62,779 nt of DNA, taken from positions 1 to 62,779 of the forward strand of contig JAYEJA010000054.1 in NCBI GenBank assembly GCA_034660395.1, written 5' to 3'. The translations under genes and the position numbers were made by a program. Below the pieces are notes generated by a model that was not told the DNA's origin, did no database searches, and was given only the letters and a program-made list of their open reading frames with translations. The stretch is from Actinomycetota bacterium. GTDB lineage: Bacteria; Actinomycetota; Humimicrobiia; Humimicrobiales; Humimicrobiaceae. This document shows, in pieces, positions 10,298 to 19,878 of the stretch (position 1 is its first letter; the number at the start of each line of letters is the position of its first letter).

Positions 10298-10343
10298 TTT
10301 TTTCCTCCGGTATGTAAAATTTTAAAATAAACCTTAAATTAAC

Positions 10344-10604
10344 CTAAGGATTTTTAATGGTTTTATCATGCTCGCCTATTGTCCTGAGTAATACATTACC
10401 TTCATAATAATTCCACGTCATTCTGATACTCATGTTAATACTTGTTTCAAAAATATCTTCTTTGCCTTTTATTTTTTTAGTTCTTAGTGATGGATGGTAA
10501 GGATTTTCAGAAAATATTTTCAATTTAGAAATTACTTTCTTTTTTATGTCCCTGGAAAATGATTTATAATCTTTTTTAAATCTTTCCGAAAAAAATACTT
10601 CCAT
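10344..10604 (-). CDS. RelE/ParE-superfamily toxin (mRNA interferase-like)
   Basis: 86 aa; F.S.RFKKDY, NPYHPSLRTKKI, IRMTW and IGEHD pattern; 1 nt downstream of the antitoxin. Confidence 0.8.
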   Translation of the reverse strand: MEVFFSERFKKDYKSFSRDIKKKVISKLKIFSENPYHPSLRTKKIKGKEDIFETSINMSIRMTWNYYEGNVLLRTIGEHDKTIKNP

Positions 10605-10605
10605 A

Positions 10606-10890
<285 letters not shown>

Positions 10891-10894
10891 TTAA

Positions 10895-10943
10895 ATAAGA
10901 ATTTCTTATATTCGTATTATAACAAATTCGAAGAAATAAGCAA
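10895..10943 (-). promoter_or_regulatory. TA promoter (TTGCTT-16-TATAAT, extended TG) with downstream palindromic operator
   Basis: -35 at 10943-10938, -10 at 10921-10916; perfect ATAAGAA-T-TTCTTAT at 10895-10909. Confidence 0.6.
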
Positions 10944-11067
10944 ATACTATATATACTATAAAGAAGCCGTATAAACCGGGACCGCTACATAATATAGATA
11001 TGAATATAATTTTTATAAATCTGGCTAAAAACTTGAAAAAAATCAATATTAGGTCAGAATTTTAAAT

Positions 11068-12086
11068 ATGAAAACAGAGAATTTACCAAAATTCCCCAGA
11101 AGGATAATTGTTTCCATTATTATCCTTATTTCAGTTTATTTCCTTGGCTCATTCGGGTATATGATTATCGAGGATATGACATTCCTTGACTCAATTTATA
11201 TGACCACTATAACCATTACCACAGTGGGCTTTGGGCTGGTAAAAGAGCTCTCAAAAGCAGGGACTGTATTCACAATTTTTCTAATTATAATAGGTACCGG
11301 TACAGCTGCATATATTTTAATAAACTTAACTGATTTTATATTAGGCGAGTTTTTTTTGGAAGAATAGAAAAAAGAAGGAAGATAAAAATGATATCAAAAT
11401 TAAAAAACCATTATATAATCTGCGGACTCGGAAGAGTGGGTACTGAAATTGCCGGCGAACTGTCAAACAACCATATTGATTTTATAGTAATCGACGAAGC
11501 TGACAGTGTCATAGAAATTGCAAAGCAGAATAACTGGCTCTATATACAGGGGGACGCATCAAGTGATGAAACCCTCCTGGAAGCACAGATAAAGGAAGCC
11601 AGGGGCCTTTTTGCCGCTCTTGATACCGATGCGGAAAATGTTTATATCACACTCTCCGCTAAATCCTTAAACCCTTCTATCTTCATTGTAGCAAGGGCTG
11701 TGGTCCATGAAACTATCAGTAAACTTGAAAAGGCAGGCGCAGACAAGGTAGTCTCTCCACAGATTATCGGCGGAAGAAGAATGGCAGACATGGCTCTGCA
11801 GCCAGCAATATGCGACTTCCTGGATACCATAATGAAAACCGAGGAAAATGAGATTAAACTTGCGGAAATCGAAATCAAGGAAAACAGCAGAATAGATGGT
11901 ATAGATATAAGAAAAGCCGGAGAAAAATACGGTATTGAAACCCTTATTATATCGGTAATTGAAAAGGGAGAAAAAATATCCGTCAACAAGGCAAGCGGTA
12001 ATACTGACATGCGTCATGGACAGAAAATAATTGCCGTTGGAACCGGGGACCAGATAGAAGATTTAAAGAAACTGGCAATGGATTAA
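11068..12086 (+). CDS. MthK/Kch-type potassium channel with TrkA-N/TrkA-C (RCK) domains, split by a frameshift at T8 (11350-11357)
   Basis: Pore signature TITTVGFG in 11068-11367; NHYIICGLGRVG, IQGDASS and TrkA-C in 11388-12086. One more T joins the two frames via GRIEKRRKIKM. Confidence 0.85.
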
Positions 12087-12120
12087 TCAATATCCACAGC
12101 TGCCATTTTTATACCCTGAC

Positions 12121-12789
12121 CTATTCGCTATCATGGACAACTCCGTAACTTCCGCTTAAAAAATACCGTACCCTTTCCCCTATATTTACGGACTGGTCAC
12201 CTATTCTCTCCAGATATCTGCTTGCCATTACGATATTGGTTATAATATCTATATCCTTCTTGCTTTTATAGGAAGAATATAACTTCTTTAATATCATCTT
12301 CTGGATTTCATCAACTTTATCATCCGATTTTTCCAGTTTCAAAGCTATTTTTACATCGTTATTTTTAAATGACTCAATAGCTCCATTAAGCTCCGACTTA
12401 ACCAGGTTGCCCATTTCCACGACCAGGTTTATAATCTCCCTGTCGGAACATTTCATTCCGTCTTTCTCCAGTTTTTTAACAATCTTTGAAATATTGACAG
12501 CAAGATCGCCGATTCTCTCCAGGGACTTTATAATCACGCAGATTGAATGGAGATACCTTAAATCCCTGGCCACCGGCTGGTGCTCCGCCTGGATAATAAT
12601 ACACCTCTCCTCAATTGATATATCAATTTCATCTATCTTTATATCACTGTCTATAACCTTCTGTGCCAGTTCTACATTGATTTCCATAAAAGCTTTTACT
12701 GCATTATCAACTGCTTCCTGGACAAGGCCTCCCATCAATATGACGCTGTTATTTATCTCTTCTACTTTATTATGAAATGTTTCCCTCAT
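12121..12789 (-). CDS. phoU: Phosphate signalling protein PhoU
   Basis: HQPVARDLR, LERIGDLA.NI and YLERIGDQSVNIGE repeats. Confidence 0.95.
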   Translation of the reverse strand: MRETFHNKVEEINNSVILMGGLVQEAVDNAVKAFMEINVELAQKVIDSDIKIDEIDISIEERCIIIQAEHQPVARDLRYLHSICVIIKSLERIGDLAVNISKIVKKLEKDGMKCSDREIINLVVEMGNLVKSELNGAIESFKNNDVKIALKLEKSDDKVDEIQKMILKKLYSSYKSKKDIDIITNIVMASRYLERIGDQSVNIGERVRYFLSGSYGVVHDSE

Positions 12790-12790
12790 T

Positions 12791-13648
12791 TTAATCCTTT
12801 CTCATTAATCGGAATTTTGTCCTTATGGCAGTCCCGGAAATGGCAAAAATAAGAACCAGTGCCGTGCCCCACTGCATGTCCTCGGGCGTGTCCGTAAGCT
12901 GTGTCGCCAGAACATACAAATGATAGGGCAGTGCCATTACCTGGCTAAAAACCGAATCCGGCAGATTCGGCTGTGAAAATGCGGCGACTGTAAACATAAT
13001 GGGAGCAGTTTCCCCTGCTGCCCTCCCAATTCCTATAACGGAACCGGTTATTATTCCCGGTAATGCCGGGGGCAATACCACTTTTACTATAGTCTGCCAT
13101 CTCGTTGCGCCAAGCGCAAGCGAAGCATGCCGGTATGAATCGGGAACTGTCTTTAAGGCCTCTTCGGTAGCCGTTATTATTACTGGAAGTATAAGCAGTG
13201 CAAGGGTTAAAGAACCGGCCAGAATTGACCTGCCGAAATTAAGCATTATAACGAAAAACCCCATCCCGAATAAACCATACACCACAGAGGGGACACCCGA
13301 CATATTCACAATGGACAGTCTTATTATTCTGGTAAACCTGTTCTTTGACGCATATTCGTTAAGATAAATCGCAGCCAGTACCCCTATTGGAAGCGAAAAT
13401 AAGAAAGTCCCTATTATCAAACAAAGAGTGCCGAGTATTGCAGGGAAGATTCCTCCTTCTCTCATGCCTGCACTCGGCTTGCTTGTCAGGAATTCCCAGT
13501 TTATCGCACCGCTTCCCTTAATTATGAGATACACAACTATCCCCACTACGAAAGCTACCACTATAAGAGTCAGAATAAGCAAGAATATATATGATGCTTT
13601 TTCTATAAATCTTCTTCTTCTTTTACTCTTTTCTGGTGCTTCTCACAT
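12791..13648 (-). CDS. pstA: Phosphate ABC permease PstA, 5' end lesioned (ATG13648 immediately followed by TGA)
   Basis: GIFPAILGT, SGVPSVVYGLFG, RAAGETAP. SD AGGA-6nt-ATG-TGA then in-frame EAPEKSKRRRRFIEK into ORF 12791-13582. Confidence 0.85.
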
Positions 13649-13669
13649 AATAAGTCCTGTATTTCCTCT

Positions 13670-14557
13670 CTAACTTTCCCTTATCCTATTTATGAACCTG
13701 TCGGATATGAAATTTATGATAAATGTAATTATAAAAAGAATAAGGCCTATAGCAAAAAGCACGGAATAATGAATCCCTCCCTGGACGGTTTCGCCCATTT
13801 CAGCAGCAATAGTTGCGGTAATTGTCCTTACCGGCTGCAGCCAGGAAAAAACCATCCTGGGCGAGTTACCGGTTATCATAAGTACCGTCATGGTTTCACC
13901 TACAATTCTTCCGAGTCCAAGCATTACGGCAGCCATCATACCGGATGATGCCGAAGGCACCACAACTCCCAGTGTCGTTTCCCACTTTGTAGCCCCCATG
14001 GCTATTGAAGCGTACCTGTACCTGTTTGGGACTGCATTAACTGCATCTTCTGAAATTGAAATAATTGTAGGCAAACTCATAAAAGCAAGCATTACCGAGC
14101 CGGTAAGGGCGGTAAGCCCTATGCTTAAACCAAAAAGCTCCTTTATTACAGGAGCGAGGATTTTTATACCTATAAATCCTATAACTACTGAAGGTATGGT
14201 TGCAAGTACTTCAATTATCGGTTTTAATATCTCCCTTACCGCTCTGGGAGCAAGCTCACCTATATAAATGGCGCTTCCCACGCCAAGAGGCACGGCGATT
14301 ACTATAGCTCCCAGCGTAACCAGCAGTGAGCCGGTAAGAAGCGGTAAAAACCCAAACTCTTCCAGTACAGTAGGCGACCATTTCTGGCCGGTCAGAAAAT
14401 CTAAAATTGGATAGGCAGTAAAAAACCTAAAAGAGTTTGCAATAAGAAAAGCAAGGATTAATGCCAGAACTATAATTGAAATTATTCCATTAAAAAAAAC
14501 GAATCTATATATAAGAAAGCTCTTTATTTTTTTCAGTCTAATCTTAAGCCGTGACAT
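13670..14557 (-). CDS. pstC: Phosphate ABC permease PstC
   Basis: IPSVVIGFIG, LGLGRIVGETM and GETVQGGIHYSVLFAIG motifs. Confidence 0.93.
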   Translation of the reverse strand: MSRLKIRLKKIKSFLIYRFVFFNGIISIIVLALILAFLIANSFRFFTAYPILDFLTGQKWSPTVLEEFGFLPLLTGSLLVTLGAIVIAVPLGVGSAIYIGELAPRAVREILKPIIEVLATIPSVVIGFIGIKILAPVIKELFGLSIGLTALTGSVMLAFMSLPTIISISEDAVNAVPNRYRYASIAMGATKWETTLGVVVPSASSGMMAAVMLGLGRIVGETMTVLMITGNSPRMVFSWLQPVRTITATIAAEMGETVQGGIHYSVLFAIGLILFIITFIINFISDRFINRIRES

Positions 14558-14627
14558 GCTTTTATTTTAAAAGAATCGGTATTATTTTACCATTCATTTT
14601 CATTATTAAACTTAAAAAAATGGGATT

Positions 14628-15541
14628 TTAATTAACAGGTACAAATCCCTGCTGCAGTCCTATTCCCTGCCCTTCTTCACCCATTACAAAATCTAAATAT
14701 TCCTGTGCTATCGGTTCTAATTCTTTGGATGGCGAGTAAATATACAATCCCCTGGAAATAGGGTAGGAACTGTCCTTTACTGTTTCTACCGAAGGTTCTA
14801 CCCCTTCGATTTTCAAGGTTTTAAGAGACTGGTCAAGATATCCAAGGCTTATATAACCTACGACATCATCATTATCCTTAATCTGGTTCGCAACATCGGC
14901 ATTTGATTGAAGACGCAGGGCATTCTCCGTATAGTCATTTTCCTCAAGGGTTTTCCCATTTGGACTATTTCTTCCAGGAAATATTCGCCGGTACCGGAGC
15001 TTGAATCTCTTGCAACAACTACTATCCCAACGTCATCTCCTCCGACATCTTTCCAGTTTGTAACTTCTCCCGTATATATTTTTGAGAGCTGCCCCATGGT
15101 AAGATTATCAACAGAAACATTGCCGCTCACAATAACTGCAATTCCATCATAAAGGACAGTATATTCCTGGACATCATAACCTGCATTTGCTGCTGCATCC
15201 ATCTCTTCATCTTTTATCTGCCTTGAAGCATTTGCAAGATTGTTTATTCCATTTATCAGGTCGGCAATACCTCCTCCGGAACCGCCGGCATTTACAATTA
15301 CTGTTCCGCCATATTCTTCCATAAATGCTTCTGCCCATGCTGCTGAAACCTGCAGAAATGTAGTGGAACCTGACAGGACGAGTTCCTCTCCTTCATACGG
15401 CAGCCCTGAATTCTGACTCTCCGAATCACCGGCCGAACCCGTACTTTCTGCACCTGCACCGCATCCGGCAAATGTGAAGCTTGCTGCGATTAAAAACGCT
15501 ATAGTAGCGCCAATTAGTGACAAGGCTCTGTTTTTTCTCAT
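14628..15541 (-). pseudogene. pstS: Phosphate-binding lipoprotein PstS split by a frameshift at GGGAAAA (14957-14951)
   Basis: FAGC lipobox, LSGSTT, GSGGGI, ARDSSSGTGEYF. One added A gives GKTLEENDYTENALRLQSNADVANQIK...GYISLGY...YPISRGLY. Confidence 0.88.
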
Positions 15542-15643
15542 TGATTTTCTCCCTTTTTTAAGAAAGTTTCAAAAGTATAATGCTGCAACACAACAATCGG
15601 CAAATGATTTATTTTATATGACTTTATCCTTTTTTATAAAAAC

Positions 15644-15719
15644 TGGTGGCGAGACGCAGAATTGAACTGCGGACACATGGATTTTCAGTCCACTGCTCTA
15701 CCAACTGAGCTATCTCGCC
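15644..15719 (-). tRNA. tRNA-Phe(GAA)
   Basis: GTGGA-CTGAAAA-TCCAT anticodon arm; CCA encoded. Confidence 0.97.
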
Positions 15720-15735
15720 AACCATTTCTTAAAAC

Positions 15736-15812
15736 TGGCGGAGCTGGCGGGATTTGAACCCGCGATCTCATGCGTGACAGGCATGTGTCCTAAACCACTA
15801 GACGACAGCTCC
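15736..15812 (-). tRNA. tRNA-Asp(GTC)
   Basis: CATGC-CTGTCAC-GCATG anticodon arm; CCA encoded. Confidence 0.97.
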
Positions 15813-15829
15813 ACTTACTCTATAAAACA

Positions 15830-15905
15830 TGGTGGGCGTTGCAGGGCTTGAACCTGCGACCCCCTGCTTGTAAGGCAGGTGCTCTCCCAGCTGAGCTAAA
15901 CGCCC
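15830..15905 (-). tRNA. tRNA-Val(TAC)
   Basis: CCTGC-CTTACAA-GCAGG anticodon arm; CCA encoded. Confidence 0.97.
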
Positions 15906-15913
15906 GTACTTAC

Positions 15914-15988
15914 TGGTAGCCTGTAGGAGAATTGAACTCCTGTTTGTAGGTTGAAAACCTACTGTCCTAACCACTAGACGAACAGGCC
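15914..15988 (-). tRNA. tRNA-Glu(TTC)
   Basis: GTAGG-TTTTCAA-CCTAC anticodon arm; CCA encoded. Confidence 0.96.
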
Positions 15989-15994
15989 ATATAA

Positions 15995-16070
15995 TGGTGA
16001 GCCGTGAAGGATTCGAACCTTCGACACCCGGATTAAAAGTCCGGTGCTCTACCAACTGAGCTAACGGCCC
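15995..16070 (-). tRNA. tRNA-Lys(TTT)
   Basis: CCGGA-CTTTTAA-TCCGG anticodon arm; CCA encoded. Confidence 0.97.
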
Positions 16071-16073
16071 CTG

Positions 16074-16137
16074 CTGCCAATTCAACAATTAAACAACTAA
16101 TATGCCGAAGCCGCTAGCTGTCCAATTGAATTAGCAA
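16074..16137 (-). other. Long irregular RNA hairpin forming the tRNA-operon leader, cUUCGg loop
   Basis: UUGCUAAUUCAA/UUGAAUUGGCAG (12 bp), GACAGCUAG/UUAGUUGUU (9 bp), GC-UUCG-GC; many G-U pairs. Confidence 0.6.
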
Positions 16138-16143
16138 ACGTAA

Positions 16144-16172
16144 AGTCTACTATAGTAAAAAACCATTGTCAA
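16144..16172 (-). promoter_or_regulatory. Sigma70-type promoter of the tRNA operon
   Basis: TTGACA-17-TAGACT. Confidence 0.75.
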
Positions 16173-16204
16173 TAAATAGGGACAGGGATATTGCCGATTA
16201 GCTT

Positions 16205-16528
16205 CTAGCCATTATCACCCTGGTCGCCGCCCTTAACTTTAGAGGATACCTCACTGACTTTCTTTATGCTCTTATCTAAAAAGTCCTCACCCATTACTCT
16301 TGCCTCAGCCATTGTGAACTTCAATCTACCCGCTGCATCCCTGACTTTTTCTGCAACTTTTGACCTCGTTTTTAATCCGGACTGCGGCGCAAATAATAAT
16401 CCCAGTATAAATCCGGAAAAAACTGAAATTAGAATAGCTATTGATATCTCAAAAAAATCTACTATGCCGGACTTATGATATTGCCCATTACCGTTATCCC
16501 TGTTAACATCATTGCTCATCGCCAACAC
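16205..16528 (-). CDS. YtxH-domain protein
   Basis: Hydrophobic segment ending GFILGLLFAPQSGLKTR, followed by a charged helix. Confidence 0.8.
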   Translation of the reverse strand: MLAMSNDVNRDNGNGQYHKSGIVDFFEISIAILISVFSGFILGLLFAPQSGLKTRSKVAEKVRDAAGRLKFTMAEARVMGEDFLDKSIKKVSEVSSKVKGGDQGDNG

Positions 16529-16625
16529 TCCCTTTGCAATTTATTTTCTTATTTATTATAAACTATCTGAAATTTATATTTAATATAAATACCGCTGCAA
16601 TGAATTCTTCCCGGCTTATTTTGGA

Positions 16626-17507
16626 CTAATCTAAAAGGTAGCCCATTACCTCTGCCCAGCCCCTGTTCATTTCGCCTTCAGTGATATATACATTTTTATA
16701 TTTTTTAAGCTCATCTGCAATAGTTTCCTTATGTTCCAGCGCATTTTTCATAAGGAAAAAATATTTAACCTCATCAGCCATTTTTAAATCTTCCAGGGAA
16801 TCTCCAATCGCTATGCAGTCCCCGGCTGCAAAATTTCTTTTCTTCTTATCAAGAATTATTCCATTTGACTTGTTAACACCCGCAGGCATCAGGTTGTAAA
16901 TGTGTAACCTTTTTACATCAATGTCAAGTGTAACAAGCGATGAGAACCCATTATCAACCAGTGCCAGCCCTTTATATCCTTCGCTCTCAATCAGCCTGTT
17001 TGCCCTATCAAGGTCTATTTCCCCAAAAAATAAAGCATTATATGCCCTGTATTTACTCCACTCTATCTTACTTTCAATTCTGCCCGGAAAACTTTTTTTC
17101 AGAAGCTCCGTGATTTTTATAAGGTCCTTTCCGCCGCCGGTTAATTCATACCCTGTCCTGTTATCATCAAAAGTGGGATAAACTTTTTCCCCGAGATTAT
17201 AAACCAGTTCCGCCCCGAGCTCTGAAACATAATTTTTAAGCCCTATCATCTGCGCAATATATCTTAACTGATACCTGTTCCTTCCCGATATCATGACAAT
17301 ATCTATTTCCCTGTCCCTTATTTTCCGGAACAGTCTTACTGCATCTAAATAATAATTATTCTCGTGGTCCTTTATAAGGCATCCCCTTTCATTAAATAAT
17401 GTGCCGTCAAGGTCAGTGTATATAACTTTAAGCTCCTTTAGACTTTCTTTTATCTCTTCTTTATAATCTTTAAAAAATTTATAGTCCGCCATTTTCACGC
17501 TTTCCAT
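16626..17507 (-). CDS. HAD superfamily (Cof/IIB-type) phosphatase
   Basis: YTDLDGTL, ISGR, VNKSNG and IGDSLEDL motifs. Confidence 0.85.
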   Translation of the reverse strand: MESVKMADYKFFKDYKEEIKESLKELKVIYTDLDGTLFNERGCLIKDHENNYYLDAVRLFRKIRDREIDIVMISGRNRYQLRYIAQMIGLKNYVSELGAELVYNLGEKVYPTFDDNRTGYELTGGGKDLIKITELLKKSFPGRIESKIEWSKYRAYNALFFGEIDLDRANRLIESEGYKGLALVDNGFSSLVTLDIDVKRLHIYNLMPAGVNKSNGIILDKKKRNFAAGDCIAIGDSLEDLKMADEVKYFFLMKNALEHKETIADELKKYKNVYITEGEMNRGWAEVMGYLLD

Positions 17508-17543
17508 TTATGAAAAATAATTATTATATCCTATATCAGAAGT

Positions 17544-18668
17544 TTAATGAAACTCAGACCTTACCTCTATAAAATGCATTACATCGCTTTTCGTAATCAT
17601 TCCCTTTAACTTACCGCCGGACATTACCACCAGATGCCCCAGGTCGTTTTTTATCATCCTTTTTATTGCTTCGGAGACTTCCATAGATACATCTACTTTC
17701 TCCTTTTCTGAAATCTTCTTCACCACATCTCCCACCTTTACATACTGCCATTTTTCCCTCGGTACTTCCTTTGCATCATGTATGGAAATAACACCTATCA
17801 GCTTTCTGTCCCCCGGGTCTTCCACGACCGGGAATCTCCCAAACCTGTATTTCATGAAATAATCATCTACCAGATTCTGTATTGTCGTATCACTGATTAC
17901 ATCAACAATATTTTCGTTAACCACATCTCCTACCTTAATACCCTTTATGGAAGTTTCAAAAACAAGCTGGCGGTATCCCTTCTGCGCGGAGGACTGTAAA
18001 AACCACCCTATAAATGCAAGCCATACACCGTTTAAAAAATTTCCTACGAATATAAAGAAGATACCAGCGGCGATAATCGTAAAACCCAGTACCCTTCCTG
18101 CAGTTGAAGCTATAAAGGTCGCCCTTTTCAGGTCACCTGTAACTTTCCATATAATAGAGCGTAAAACCCTCCCTCCGTCAAGAGGGTAACCGGGGAGTAT
18201 ATTAAAAACCCCGAGAACTACATTAATTATAGCCAGGTATTTAACAGGCTCTTCTACTGGTGTAAAGCCCCTGGTAAAAACCCATATAATTCCAAAAAAT
18301 ATTGCCAGCACGAAACTTGCAGCAGGTCCCACTATAGCCATTATAAACTCGCTAAAGGGCGTTTCCGGTTCCTTTTCTATCTGCGCCATCCCTCCAAATA
18401 AAAAAAGCGTTATCCTCTCTACCGGTATGCCCTTTCTCCTTGCAACCAGCGAATGGCTCATTTCGTGTATAAGTACGGATACAAAGAAAAGAATTACCGT
18501 TACAATAGTAATCAATGCCAGGAAACCCCTGTTGAGGTCCGGCAAAACTTCGGGAAAATAAAAGAATCCAAAGTAACAGGAAAACAATGCAAATATAATA
18601 AACCAGCTGTAATCCAGTCTTATCTCTATTCCAAAAATTTTAAATAATTTTATTGATGATTTAAACAT
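17544..18668 (-). CDS. Site-2 (M50) metalloprotease with tandem CBS domains
   Basis: HEMSH, FNILPGYPLDGGR, two C-terminal CBS domains. Confidence 0.92.
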   Translation of the reverse strand: MFKSSIKLFKIFGIEIRLDYSWFIIFALFSCYFGFFYFPEVLPDLNRGFLALITIVTVILFFVSVLIHEMSHSLVARRKGIPVERITLFLFGGMAQIEKEPETPFSEFIMAIVGPAASFVLAIFFGIIWVFTRGFTPVEEPVKYLAIINVVLGVFNILPGYPLDGGRVLRSIIWKVTGDLKRATFIASTAGRVLGFTIIAAGIFFIFVGNFLNGVWLAFIGWFLQSSAQKGYRQLVFETSIKGIKVGDVVNENIVDVISDTTIQNLVDDYFMKYRFGRFPVVEDPGDRKLIGVISIHDAKEVPREKWQYVKVGDVVKKISEKEKVDVSMEVSEAIKRMIKNDLGHLVVMSGGKLKGMITKSDVMHFIEVRSEFH

Positions 18669-18788
18669 TTAGTCACCATGCTTATTAAACATATTTATAA
18701 AAACTGCAGCAGTTATTTTTCTTGTAGTATAAACAAATCAACCTTAAAATATGATAAGACAGTTTTAAAAAATATGAAAGCATAAAAA

Positions 18789-19013
18789 ATGGGACTTTCC
18801 AGCCAGTTATTATCAGAGATAAAATTTGAAAAGCTAATAAACTTAGTGGGTGAAAAATCTGCAGATATAGAAAGCAGAAAATATAAATTTGACAGCAAGA
18901 AAAATAAAAATGTCTTTACCATGGTTATAACCAGCAGAGGCGTAGGTTTTTCCAACAGCGTAGTTGATAAGCTCAGTAAATTAAAAGAAATAGAAAAAAT
19001 AAAAATTTACTAG
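18789..19013 (+). CDS. Small ACT-like protein resembling an MgtC/SapB C-terminal domain (possibly a remnant)
   Basis: 74 aa, alternating alpha/beta pattern ending VVDKLSKLKEIEKIKIY; 4 nt before the yihY-like gene. Confidence 0.4.
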   Translation: MGLSSQLLSEIKFEKLINLVGEKSADIESRKYKFDSKKNKNVFTMVITSRGVGFSNSVVDKLSKLKEIEKIKIY

Positions 19014-19017
19014 TATC

Positions 19018-19878
19018 TTGTCTTATACTTTGCGCGTAAAAAATAAAATAAAATATTTTATACTGTCCGCATTCAAATATCTGAGGAAGCTATCCGGAAA
19101 ATATATATCGGATGGCTGTATAATTATGGCTTCATCCATTGCTTTTTACTTCCTTTTCTTCATTTTTCCATTAGGGCTCCTGCTTATTTCCCTGTCCGGT
19201 ATATTAATTAACAGGTTTGAGTTCCAGTCAACCATACTCAGCTTTGTTGAGGAAAGAATTCCTATCATATACGGCTTCGCGGAATCCAACTTATCTAAAA
19301 TAGTAGAGAACAGGACAAGCATCGGAATTACGGGCTTTATCTTCCTGGCAATATCAACCACCTATATATTCGATTCCATCCAGTTATCATTAAATAAGAT
19401 TTACAAAACCAGAACCCAGAGAAAATACTGGAAACAGAAAATTTTCGGTTTTCTCATAATAACCCTGATACTAATAATTGTCATTATATCCTTCCTGCTG
19501 TCCACATCCTTTTTCTATCTTGCCAATAGAATTGTTGACTACTTTAAATTAAATGACTCAATATCTTCGCCCCTGTTCAAGTCCATATCCATCATTCTGG
19601 GACTTGCCTTTAACTTTGCCATTTTCAGTCTTATTTATTTCTTTGGTACCAATAAAAAAACCCACTTCAAATATCACATATATAAGGGAGCACTGTTTGC
19701 TGCAATTGCCTGGGAGCTTTCCAAACACATCTTTATTTTCTACATAAATAAATTTGTAAACTTTGAGTTAACTTACGGCTCAATCGGGTCGATAATCGGC
19801 TTCCTTTTATGGATTTATATATCAAGTCTCATCCTCATAATGGGCGCTGAAATAAATTCTTTAGACCTGGTGGAATAA
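19018..19878 (+). CDS. YihY/virulence factor BrkB family membrane protein
   Basis: ASSIAFYFLFFIFP, LNKIY, TYGSIGSIIGFLLWIYISSLILIMGAEIN. Confidence 0.9.
   Translation: MSYTLRVKNKIKYFILSAFKYLRKLSGKYISDGCIIMASSIAFYFLFFIFPLGLLLISLSGILINRFEFQSTILSFVEERIPIIYGFAESNLSKIVENRTSIGITGFIFLAISTTYIFDSIQLSLNKIYKTRTQRKYWKQKIFGFLIITLILIIVIISFLLSTSFFYLANRIVDYFKLNDSISSPLFKSISIILGLAFNFAIFSLIYFFGTNKKTHFKYHIYKGALFAAIAWELSKHIFIFYINKFVNFELTYGSIGSIIGFLLWIYISSLILIMGAEINSLDLVE

Noticed and set aside
15542-15643. Pho box upstream of pstS
   Set aside because: GTCAT and ATCAT are 14 bp apart rather than the 11-bp repeat period.
15798-16088. 96-aa ORF in the track
   Set aside because: It is a translation of the tRNA genes.
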